From: Oopsacas minuta
Lineage: Eukaryota; Animalia; Porifera
Direction: 5' to 3'
Assembly (NCBI GenBank): GCA_024704765.1
Contig: JAKMXF010000222.1
Location: 744,001-808,000, forward strand
DNA: 64,000 bases
The position numbers and the translations under genes are program-made. Positions 1 through 11,088 of this stretch are shown one piece after another (position 1 is the first letter of the stretch; every line of letters begins with the position of its first letter). The notes under the pieces were generated by a model. It ran no database searches and was not told the origin of the DNA. It worked only from the letters and a program-made list of their open reading frames with translations.

Positions 1-329
1 ATGTTCAGTAAAGCTCATTAATACCAAAGGCAGCCCCTCAATACTTTTTCAATTATTAAGGAAATAAATGAATACTTGCGAAAAACTTACTGGTATTAAT
101 TATCAATAACCATGAGTTCAAGTTTCTACTTGTAGTATAATATTTAAAGAATTAGATATCGTTTTCATTTGGTAGTATACGAAACTTGTTGGAAGGAAAA
201 ATAATTGTATCAAGTGTTAAGCCCATTTGTTTATCTAAAAGTCATCTGCTATACTAGTAAAGTAGAATCTTTATAACTATAAGTACTAGTGAAAAATTTT
301 TAGTGCAATAAACAAAGTCAATATTTACA

Positions 330-690
330 TGATGTTTGTAATTTGTTATCGCATCAGTTGGATAGTTATCGCAACATCCAACTGATCTCGTTCTTTAGTA
401 GAAAGATCCAAACGAGTTTGTGGCTTAGTTAAAATAGAGAGCTAACTCGGACAACCTGGTAGGAGCTTTGGAACTGCATCTCGGTGAAATCTAAACATGG
501 TACGCTTAATTCTAACTTGGTTCCATTGGGTTGAGGAATAGAAAAGTACTTTTCAACATTTTCACCATGGAAGTGTTTCAGACACACATATATTTTTAAG
601 GTACTCAATGTTTTCTGGGTGAAGAATGATTTCCTTTCGGCACCAAGTTGAGGTGGTCCTTTAGGCATCTTGAATACAGGTGTAGGTGCG
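330..690 (-). pseudogene. THAP-domain (P-element-type) transposase N-terminal remnant
   Basis: ORF 429-668 reads VFKMPKGP...KIYVCLKHF...then (shifted frame) AVPKFLPGCPS. This gives the THAP CxxHF and AVP-type motifs, and it resembles the remnant at 33904-34113. Frameshifted; no termini found. Confidence 0.6.
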
Positions 691-877
691 CTTGCGACGT
701 AAGCAATCGCAACGATATCTCCAGTACGGAAGCTGGTAAAATTAGCAGTGTTACCGTAGGAGTGTAAATTCCCATGGGAATACCCTTGGGAATGGGAAAC
801 GATTTCCTAATGATGGGCTTCCCACTTGGGAATTTTTGGGGATCCTGTGAGAAACTAGGAATTCAATGCGATTGCTA

Positions 878-2560
878 CACGGGTCTCTGAAATCGTGATC
901 ACGGTCAAAAGAATACGGATACTACGAAATTTGCAGTGTGATTGTAAAATTGGGTGTCATATCCAAACTAGCCGTAAACTCTTTAGTTCCGATTTCTGCA
1001 GTTTGAATTTGAAACCATTCATCATAACGAGATAGTATTTGTACTCAAGAATTGAATTGTATACGGTAATAGGATGTGGTTTTAGTCATTATTTGCGACA
1101 AGAGATATTTATTAACCAATTATCACTCTAATTCATGCCAATATGATAATATTTGAGGTCAATACGAACAATACACGAAAGTATTTGAACACCTAAATAT
1201 AGATCAAGATTGTCTTTGGCCAAATGTTTCATGTACAATCTGTAAACTTTATTTGACCATGGTTGCGAGTAGCGATGCCCCTCAGAAACAGCCAATTCGA
1301 TTTAATTGGCCCAATCTCTTGCATCAAACGCGTTCAACATGTGCTCCTAGTAATCAATGCACAATGTGTGAGGAAATGATTAGATTTGGAAGACGTTCTC
1401 TTGCAAAATCTGAAATCCACATGCAAAACCAGGGGGCCGATGATAAATACTCCAGCAAAGGTTGTTAAACATTGTAGCAAATGCTTGAGCGAAATTTCGC
1501 AAGGTATATCGCATCAATGCACTAAAAGGTTTCTGATTGACAATACCCACCAGCATTTATATATATCACAGAAATGCACTCGATCAGTATACTTTCATAA
1601 CATGTTAAAACGTTTTCAAGAAAGAGACAACATTGCATTAAGTATCCAACTCCCACGACAAGAAGGGAGTTATCCTCCAATTGGCAGCGCTTCAAACTCT
1701 ACACATTTTCACACCTCAATCAGAATCTAGGAAGCAACGAATTGGGTTCGGCAAGATCATGCAACTTAAATCAACTCGTGAAATGTCGAATTATCAATTT
1801 TAAAAGGTGTCTTCAGTTTTGCGAGACTCTGGAATTCGTTGTCCGACAATGGAATAGTAATTTGAGAAGAAGAAATAATTATGTATCGATAAGAATCTAG
1901 CCATTGTATTTAACATATGGATGTCAAATGCAATGGCTAGATTCAATATTCCAGAGTTGCATTTGATGTTAGGAGTGGGACAAAAGTTGTATGCCATACT
2001 AACAACAATGTTTGAGGAAGAGATCTCACGCAAGAATCTCTACTAAGAAAAATACCATTCAACGGACCACATACCATGGAAATGCATTCGAGGGAAATGC
2101 AATACGTAAACTGCTAGGATGTGTAATGGACTGGCTTTCTTCAATCAAACTCTGCCTTCATTGCCCTGAAGAGATTTAGTGATGTGGTTGCATCATGCTT
2201 CGGGATAAATATTGAAAGTAAATACATTGACCAGATTCATCAATTCCAAGAGGCTTTAAAAAGAACAGGGCTACAATATTCAACTAAAGTTCATGTTTGT
2301 TTTCCGCCACATTGTACCTTTTCTTCAAAACTACCCTCCTCCGGGAAAGGGTCTGGGGTATGTACCAAAACAAGCGGTTGAATCATCTCATTCTGGAATA
2401 TAAAGATTTGACACGAAATATAAAATTACAATTCCAAAAATCTTGTGATGGAAAAATTTTTGAAATAAGTTTCGCAATTTACATAATATTCTGTGCCCAA
2501 CATGTAAATTTCGTAGGGTCCGTAGTTTTTTGACCGAGATCACGATTTCAGAGACCCGTG
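878..2560 (+). mobile_element. Internally deleted Chapaev-like (CMC/Transib-related) DNA transposon
   Basis: About 60-bp TIRs begin CACGGGTCTCTGAAATCGTGATC (878) and end GATCACGATTTCAGAGACCCGTG (2560). Inside are Cys-rich N-terminal pieces (PNVSCTICK..RFNW..TRSTC..CTMC; CSKCLSEI..HQC) and C-terminal core motifs PELHLMLG, FEGNAIRKLL, TKVHVCF.HI and QAVESSH. No TSD seen; many stops and frameshifts. Confidence 0.65.
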
Positions 2561-3199
2561 TCAAGAAGATAATTCTCACATGAAATCCTGTGGGAATTTC
2601 AAACAGAGAATCCTTTGGTAATGGGATGGGAATGAAAACTTCATTCCCAAGGGAACTCTGGAAATTAGCAAAATTAGTTAAAGTTCAGTAACTGGTAACT
2701 GACTTCAGTTACGGGCAACTCAGCTACAAATATGTTTTTGATGTTCATATATAGTTTAAAGGATGACTTTAGCTACAAATATTTTGCCATATTAATAAAA
2801 GAAGTTTTTCACGGAAACGTATGAAATGATCTTATTGTAACATACTATACTGATAGGTAGATGCCAAAAAGTAGTCCAATCACATTTTTATAGTTACTTT
2901 CGTATTCAGGGTAATTTCCCCGTCGTGTAAGTGAATAATTTTCGATATGAAAATATTTGGGGGGGGGCCTGAGCCCCCCAGTGACATATAGCATGACGCC
3001 ACTGGGAATGTGTCAACATTCCATTCTCAAAACTTGTCCAAACCCAATTGAGGTTCCCACTTTTCGACGTCCTATGGTAATTGAGTTCATTATACATATA
3101 GTTCCAAAACTCTATAAAGAATAATTATTTTGTTTTGGTGTATATAAAAAGAATAAATTATTAGTATTTAGTTCAGAATTTTGCTAAGTAAGAAATCAA

Positions 3200-4650
3200 A
3201 TGACTTCATTTCAAGTTGGAAATAGTTAGTAGAGATAGACTGCAAAAAATAACAAACCACAAATATTTCGAGCATGTCAATATGACCAATGCAATCCCCA
3301 TACATTATTTCCCTGGACACTACCTTGAATGCATTGGTTTAGTATTTAGGCTGTGATAGTGCCATCAATCAGCTTTGGAATTGCTGAATAGTCATCTACG
3401 GTTAGGCAATGGTGTTATACTAGTTGCCATAAAACCTATTTACTTGTTATTCTACACCTGAATCTAGCTAATTTGTTTATTATGGGGAAAAATTTTGTGC
3501 CCAACATTGTGGATCGGGGTATGAAGGGGTTGACCTTACTGATATGCAAAATGAACAAATTTAGGGCCCATAACGAGTGAATTCCTATTCCAATCAATAT
3601 TTCTTTTGTACCACTTACATATATCTTCAAGGCGAAGGAATCCTGAAGTTTTGAAGCCATTTTGTATGGCCATATTTGTCCATTTTGGATGAAAATTACA
3701 GGAATTATAATCAATGGTGTCTTTTTTTGAGAAGTGTTGGGATAATTGATCATTTGTCATATATAGCGATGCAAATTTAATGTTATATGTCTTAGATATG
3801 TATTTATCATGGCCTCCTTTAGTCCACCTAAAAATTCTCATTCATATATCCATTATATTGTTAAACACAGCAGTCCGATTTCTATTCAACCATTCTTTAC
3901 ATTGTTAATCGGTGAAATGAAAGGTACCCTATCACCAATCTGATGAATAAATTCTCCTTAGACATTCGACTCTGGTGCCATAAGAAATTCGCCAAATTTA
4001 CCAAATAAAGGAACATTATTGTCATTTGCAATAATATTGATATCTTTTGATAAGATCTTCCATAGCATTCTATACACTAAGGCAATGGTGCTGATTAATG
4101 TACTTGGGACAGGGATTGGGTAAGTCAGTTCTAAGGAAATAATGGAGATATATTAGTTGCGATAAAATTTAGACCGTACACTTTGGCCCGAATATATATA
4201 TTATTGATTATTGACATTACTCACAGTCTACATTTACAACTATTTTCAGGCCAAAATGACGCCATCTGTTTGCTTAGTTAGCAAATATGTCAGAAAAATG
4301 CTCCTGTTTTGAAACTACGTAGAAAGGAATTAATACATTAACGGTTTCAAAATTTTTACTGTAGAATATACGGATACTGCTGTACAAAATATCAAAATTT
4401 TGTCATTATAAAGTTCGCGCGTTCCAGAGTTACCGTAGTGATCATGGGTGGCATATTTGAGCCAATATTCATCCATAACTTGACATCCTTCAATGTTCCG
4501 GCCAGACAAACCTACATACATATGGTATATACCCGACTTCCACACCCTAATAGTACATTTTGGTGTGATATCTCCAAAGAATAATGCGCAGTCATCATTA
4601 ATACCATATATGGTCATTTTCAAGATTGCTTCATAATCATCAGAGATATC
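3200..4650 (+). pseudogene. Candidate decayed kelch beta-propeller gene, RAG2-like
   Basis: ATG at 3200; KITNHKYFE (3246-3272) and HYFPGH (3303-3320) share a frame. Degenerate hydrophobic-GG blade motifs recur every ~58-66 codons: ~3348, GVDLTDMQNEQI 3526, LYGH..IIINGV 3662-3721, LLIGE 3902, FHSI..INVLG ~4057-4108, ICLLS ~4265-4280. An intact VVIMGG lies at 4435-4452. Many stops and frameshifts. Confidence 0.45.
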
Positions 4651-5158
4651 ATATCAAAATGTACTTTAGGGTATGGGAAGTCGAATATATACTATATGTG
4701 TGTAGGTTTGTCTGGCCGGAACATTGAAGGATGTCAAGTTATGGATGAATATTGGCTCAAATATGCCACCCATGATCACTACGGTAACTCTGGAACGCGC
4801 GAACTTTATAATGACAAAATTTTGATATTTTGTACAGCAGTATCCGTATATTCTACAGTAAAAATTTTGAAACCGTTAATGTATTAATTCCTTTCTACGT
4901 AGTTTCAAAACAGGAGCATTTTTCTGACATATTTGCTAACTAAGCAAACAGATGGCGTCATTTTGGCCTGAAAATAGTTGTAAATGTAGACTGTGAGTAA
5001 TGTCAATAATCAATAATATATATATTCGGGCCAAAGTGTACGGTCTAAATTTTATCGCAACTAATATATCTCCATTATTTCCTTAGAACTGACTTACCCA
5101 ATCCCTGGCCCAAGTACATTAATCAGCACCATTGCCTTAGTGTATAGAATGCTATGGA
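4059..5158. repeat. Near-perfect inverted duplication (458-bp arms)
   Basis: 4059-4516 is the reverse complement of 4701-5158 with no indel and one mismatch seen (ATCCCTGTCCC vs ATCCCTGGCCC). Imperfect pairing continues inward to about 4575/4641. It explains the duplicated ORFs 4330-4623 and 4696-4887. Confidence 0.95.
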
Positions 5159-5959
5159 TCTTCATATAATTCTAAATGTGAAGAAAATAATATAATTTTC
5201 GATATAGTCGCCATTATTAAAATAATCGCCCGGCGTACTATTCGAGAAAATACGGTATATTAAAAATAGACAACAAACCTTAATTAATTATGAAAAGATT
5301 TGTAAGTATAAGAGCTTGGATTTGAAGATCTACAAATGCACAGTGGCTCCCGAAAGTACTTGGTTAATAGAGAAAGCAGAGACGAAGTTTCTGATACTCT
5401 TTTCCAAAACATTTTACATGAAATCAGACAAAGGCCGATTTATACCTACAAGCGGCCTAATTGTGACTTTTTTGTTGAATTTGACTGAAAATTTGCCAAA
5501 TATATACGTATTTTAATTGTCTGGGAATTTTATTGGAAATCTCATTGATAGTATGAGCCCAAACTGACTGCTTCATGAAACAACACTATTTCAAAATTAT
5601 CACTTCGTTTTAACCAATTTCAGTACCCAAATCGAGATTTCAGAACTGTTTGAAGTCATAAAATGAGACATTTCCCGGCAGCATTCGGATAAATTAGCAG
5701 TTAGTAGGGAATAGGCATCTGGGTACATTTTAATGATAAACGATATATAATTTGTGGATAGTTATTCGACAATCAGGAACTGATTGGTGTAATCAGATTT
5801 CCAATTGACCTTGCAGTTAAAGAAAAATGACGTCATTCAATGTTTTATAAATAGAATGATCATAAATCGAATAATTTTATATTAATTAAATAATATAATA
5901 ATATATATCAATTAGAGAATCAACTAATCGCTCTATGGTAGTTATAGTACAAACAGAAT

Positions 5960-6960
5960 CATATTTACTGCAGAACTTTGCAGATTTCTAGTGTGACCCT
6001 CTTCCCCACGCTTTTCACACCTTAGCTTTGATCGAAATTCTAAGAGCATTGGATCACTTTCAGATGCGAGTCTTATAAAACGTCACATAAATTGTCTTCA
6101 GAGGATGTCCTCCTGGATAAATCTTCCCAATATATTCTGATGAGCTTACTGCCGGCTTGAACCCCCTTTAGAATAACGTGTAAAACCATGTCTATTATTT
6201 ATTTCTCTACTCAATTCTTCAGAGCGAACGAGTAACGTATGTAATGCGGGAGTGATGTTCACCCAAGGTTAAGGATCTAGGATAAACAGATTGGTAATAG
6301 TACAGAGTTTCCCTAGTCTTTCAGTATTTACCTTCCTATCAATATTGAAGGTTCTTAAAATCGCATATCACTGTGTACGTAGCTTGGTTACTGCTTCTTT
6401 ATCCTTAGTTGCAATTAGTGAACATGCATATTCTATGAATCCAGACTGAGAGGTAAATACCTTTCTAGAAACTTACTAGTTGATGTAGTTCCACCTGAGG
6501 TGCTGGTTGGCCAATATTCAGGCTTGTGTTTTGTACAAGTGTTCACATAAATATCATTGATTGATGGATGGAGGTGAGTTATTTCGCATTTTTGGATTTC
6601 CACTGTTTAGATGATAAACTAAGAGGTTAAACCACCTAAGGATACATGTATACGAATGTAGAGGAGATATAGGTGTAATGTTTATCGGTGAAATTGGTTC
6701 ATGGGTTAAATTGAACCTAGAATCTGAAGGAAGAGAAAAAATGATTCATCATCTTTTATCTCTGCAAATAGTTCAATCGATTCTATAACACTGTAACAAA
6801 TAACTGCAACGCTAATGCAGCAATCTTCATCTCGGAAGTGTATTCAATCTTGGGTAATAATCTGATAAAGTCTAACACACTAACTAGTCGTGATCTTTGT
6901 TGTTTCAAGAACCCTGCCAAGCATTCAGCGTAAAGAATCTTTCACCTCAATAGCTTATTC
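5960..6960 (-). pseudogene. RAG1-like/Transib transposase remnant (C-terminal about 330 aa)
   Basis: Motifs appear in the expected order across shifting frames: FSLPSDSRFNLTHEPIS, SPLHSY (6650-6667), LNIGQP.GGTTST (6478-6495), PWVNITPALHTLL (~6220-6268), YS..GVQAGSKLIR..LSRRTSSEDNLCDV, RL..SDP, and CEKRGEEGHTR (~5990-6020). Confidence 0.8.
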
Positions 6961-7739
6961 AAATAATTTACCAATTCCTTGATTGTATTAGTGAGATTAT
7001 GTAATTTGCATTCAAAATACTTGCAAATTCAAGCCTGATGTGAGGGATTATAGTTGTTTTTGGCATTCAGCAATTAATGAAATTATTTACACTATGTTTG
7101 TTGAAATAACGTCTTACCAAACTATTTTCTATGTGACATAATATTACATAACAACGATTATTGGTATTAGAATTCTACATTGAAACAAAAACTGAGAAAG
7201 GAATTCGAAAAATTGTACAATGTTTCGAAATTATTATTTTCAAAATATATTTTATATGCATGGATTGATAATATATATTGAATTTAGGGTGATACATTTT
7301 TATACATGTATTTTTCGCACTTTTGTAAATATATCACAAAATTATTTTCCATAATTTGTTACAATGACATTATTTGAAATGAACTAAGTTTGAATATTCT
7401 GTAATTCACTGAGTAATTAATTAATGAGTCAACTTAGCGATCAGATAGCTGAAATTGCCAGTGACCTGTATTTGTTACTGTAGTTAGAGTAGATTAGAGT
7501 GTTAATTACATTTGAGTTATAGTTATAGTCAAATCTAACAGAGAATCGACATAATAACACTATCGCTAGTAAGATGCACCAAATTCTAAGAGAAAAAAAA
7601 CCTTAAACTATTTCATTTACAATAAACGTCCGTATCTCCTCTTCGAATGGCATAAATTATTTACATTATGAACATGGGAAGTTAGTCAAATTAATTGTTG
7701 ATCTACCTTAACTTATGATAACTCGGAATATTAATTATC

Positions 7740-7876
7740 GAGTTGCCTAGCACAGTAACTATGCAAGTTATTCACCATAAATATGACATCCAAACATGAG
7801 CATGGCTTCTGAAATTTATGATTTGTCAACATTTAATTGCGCAATAGGCTTTTTGGACGATTTGGCCTAACAGTGT
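7740..7876 (-). repeat. Dispersed repeat terminus with an inverted partner at 10228-10372
   Basis: The reverse complement reads CACACTGTTAGGCCAAATCGTCCAAAAAG... and matches 10228-10372 (GGCCAAAATCGTCCAAAAAGGCTATT...GTTACTGTGCTAGG) over about 130 bp. Confidence 0.7.
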
Positions 7877-8094
7877 GGGCCGCTTAAATACCCGAGTAAA
7901 ACAGGACAATGTATTCGGAAGAGATTTGTTAAATACAAAAATCGTCGAAGAATAGCGGCATCGTATCGGTTAGTCAGGATTTCTACCCCGATTAACAGAA
8001 TATTTCGAAAATTATAATCGCTTAATTGAGATTTCTATCCCAATTAAGTGATTCTAGTTATGGTATCAAAAGTGTTGAGGGGTAGAGATATATA

Positions 8095-9408
8095 CTAGGT
8101 TGTCCAAAAAGTTCGCTGAATTTTATCCCTAGTTTGTGTTATATACACTCTCCCAATTAGCCTATTGTTTCGATTAATTGTAATATCCCTTATCTCAATT
8201 ATCCTAACTTTTGTAATCAAAAAGTTTGGTTTAGGTATTCTTTTAGCATCATTTACGATTGTCGTATTTTTTTCTAAAATGGAAAACTCAGAAGATGGGA
8301 AACGATATATCATTTGGTTTCTCTGGAAACAAAATAAAAGTGGAAGCGAGATTCTCTACGAGATGGAAAAGGTTTATGGTAGTAAATGCCCTGGTAAATC
8401 GATGGTTTACAAATGGATTGACAGATTTAATGATGAGCATTCAACTGTTGATGATAACCAAGACCTGGTCGTCCGAAAACATGTTCCAACCAAGAAAATA
8501 TCAAAATTATATCAAACATTCTTGATAAAGATAGACAGACGTGTGACTCTGCGGCAGTTAGAGGAAGAATTGGGATGTCAAAATCAATACTTGATAAGAT
8601 TCTAACTGAACAATTGGGAATGTCGAGAGTTCTTTCTCGTTGGGTTCCCAAATTTTTATCTGAATCTCAAAGGATTGAAAGGGTTCGTGTTTGTCGCCAG
8701 CTCTTACGGATTTCTAAGAAGGAGCCAAGGTTCTTTGATCGTTTAGTCACAGGGGACGAAACTTGGTTACATTTTTATGAGCCTAAGACAAGTTTACAGA
8801 CGAGTCAATGGAAGCGTAGGCATGAAGTAACTCCTATTAGACCCAGAGCCGTCGCATCAGCAGGTAAACGGATGGCAACAGTTTTTTGGGACACAAGGGA
8901 ATAATCATGATTGATTGGTTACCTAACAAAGTAACAATAAATACTGAATACTATGTTCAAGTTCTGAAGAAATTGCGCGAAGCTATCAAGTCTAAGAGGC
9001 GTGGCAAGTTGAGTTCTCATGTTTTGCTTCAGCATGATAATGCTCCAGCCCATACCAGCAGGCGAACTTTGGATGAAATTCAACATTTAGGGTTCGAATT
9101 ACTCCCACATCCCCCATACAGCCCAGATCTAGCGCCCATTGACTACTGGCTTTTTTCAGAAATGGAAAGACCACTTAGAGGTAAACGTTTCAGCGATTTT
9201 GAGCACCTTAGGTCCGCTGTAAATTCATGGATTCAAGGTACCCCTGAAAAATTCTTCACCACAGGAATAAATAAACTCCCATCAAAATGGAAGAAATGTA
9301 TCAAGGTTAAGGGTGAATTTATTGAAAACTATGAACAATAATTAGTTGAGTATGATCATTGATAAATAAAATATATTTGCAATTCCGCGAACTTTTTGGA
9401 CAACCTGG
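8095..9408 (+). mobile_element. mariner element (DD34D), full length, frameshifted transposase 8279-9341
   Basis: TA-flanked TIRs C(T/C)AGGTTGTCCAAAAAGTTCGC; motifs WVPK, TGDETW, HDNAPAH and YSPDLAPID with 34 residues between the second and third D; the protein is split over three ORFs. Confidence 0.97.
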
Positions 9409-9699
9409 TATATATATTCAAAATCACTCGTAAAATCGTTTGTTTCTAAAAATTATGATTTTGCATATTATACAATGAGAACTTTTATACGCATATAACA
9501 ACGACTCATCTCTACTAGACCCTATAGTCAGGATTTAGTATTGGTTGATTAAGATATTTCTGGTTATGCGGCCATAAAAAACTAGTTTTGATTACTTAAA
9601 TATATCGTGATCGGTAAATCGGAACAATAGGTTAATTGGGACAATAAATGACGCCCGAACTGTCCCGATTAAGCAATACTCACTCTAATTCGAGCTCGT

Positions 9700-10190
9700 T
9701 TTTGACAATGTTATATAAAGGATGGATCATTGCATGGATTTATACTGGTAGAAGCATGTAGGTGTAAGTGTTCCCAAAAAGGTGAACTGTTTATGAATTT
9801 TGAAACATTTCACCATTGCTATGCAAATGTATTTAGACAGATTCTAGCCAAAACACAATAAATATTGATGATAGAGTTCTACATTTGATACTAATGCATC
9901 TGCAATAGGCGACCTTTTAATCATGAAGTATACAGTTTTGATTACTAACTCGGTTAATAAGTTATGAAGAAACCTATCATATATGGTCAATCGCGATAAA
10001 TAACGTATTACTTGACAAATGTAGAGCTCTCTCACCAATATTGTTCAGTTATGACTAGAAACTGTTTAAATACATTTGCATAGCAGCAACGGAGGAATGT
10101 ATCAATATTTCATCAACGTTTCACATATTTTGGAAACATTTAGATGTCACTATAATTCCATGCAAGGATGGAAGATACATCTTTTATATA
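9700..10190. repeat. Fold-back (long imperfect inverted repeat) element
   Basis: GTTATATAAAGGATG...GCTATGCAAATGTATTTAGACAG (9710-9870) pairs with CTGTTTAAATACATTTGCATAGC...CTTTTATATAAC (10030-10190). Confidence 0.6.
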
Positions 10191-10856
10191 ACAGTATATA
10201 CCTAGGGAGACAAAAATGGGATGAAATATGGCCAAAATCGTCCAAAAAGGCTATTACGCAATTAAATGATGACAAATCATAAATTTGAGAAGCCATATTT
10301 ATGCTTGGATGTCATAATTATGTATTGATAATATAATATAGTGAATAACTTGCAAAGTTACTGTGCTAGGCACCTCAATAAGTGAATAAAGTCATTTATG
10401 CGAAATTCATGTCATCTATGGTTACAAAAGAAATTGAGCCAGTTATGATTAGGTATGACTAATTTCCCCACATAAGAAATAGATTTTTAAAATAGTTACA
10501 ATGTTGAGCCTATGAATTACTCACAGTGTTTGGCTATGTTGTGTCCTTATATTCTATTAGTCGTTGATTCAACCAAAATCACACTCGTCAAAAAAGGGAA
10601 GAAATATTTTCGTTTAGTTAGAATGACTTAGGGATCCCTGATATAGTATGGTTCTCCCAATACAGTGAATTTAACAACTGATTATGGCTATTTGTGTAGA
10701 GTTCAATGATTCATTGCATGAAAGATGTGATGTTTTGAAACAAAAAGTAAGATAAACACAAAAGTTCAGCATTCTTAAATGTTCAAAAGATTTTTGAAGA
10801 ACTAAATTCCAAAATATACAAAGGCCAATTGGATCATGATAAATATATTTGGTCAC

Positions 10857-11088
10857 CTGGTACAATGTATTTCGCACTAGAAATAGCTAACTCAAATTCC
10901 TCCGTCATTAGTCGTACTTGTAGTTTAAAGGCCAATCTCTCCTTGTATTGTAACAGAAATTCCTTTGCAGCTTGTGAACGTAGAAATCCAAAAGATATTC
11001 TATTTTCTTCCTCTGGAACATCTACCCAATGCACCCCAGGTGCTAGTTTAACAAAATGAATATTAAAATCTTCAGATTTTTCAATTTC
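10857..11088 (-). CDS. ARHGAP35/5-like: p190 RhoGAP coding exon 5 (FF-domain region)
   Basis: Acceptor TTTTCAG at 11089 (phase 0). Encodes EIEKSEDF...ENRISFGFL...AKYIVPG, aligning to p190 ERIPFDL...FITPG. The donor GTGACC (phase 1) is weak, but the frame stops 7 codons later. Confidence 0.85.

Noticed and set aside
3436-4130. Minus-strand ORFs (101 and 105 aa) and a possible phase-1 exon 4130-4001 as p190 exon 6
   Set aside because: Only chance-level matches to p190 (ASKLQ, VY..W), stops between segments and no FF tryptophan. Not fully excluded as coding, but not supportable.
5339-5346. CACAGTGG as an RSS heptamer or TIR of the RAG1-like element
   Set aside because: No matching partner end, nonamer or 5-bp TSD was found. 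Similar CACAGTG/CACACTG ends at 7876, 10522 and 15741 belong to other repeats, and a 7-mer is expected by chance in 64 kb.
6810-6850. IHFRDEDCCI resembling exon 2 ITFQDEDCLI
   Set aside because: Short, flanked by stops and inside the RAG1-like remnant; coincidence.
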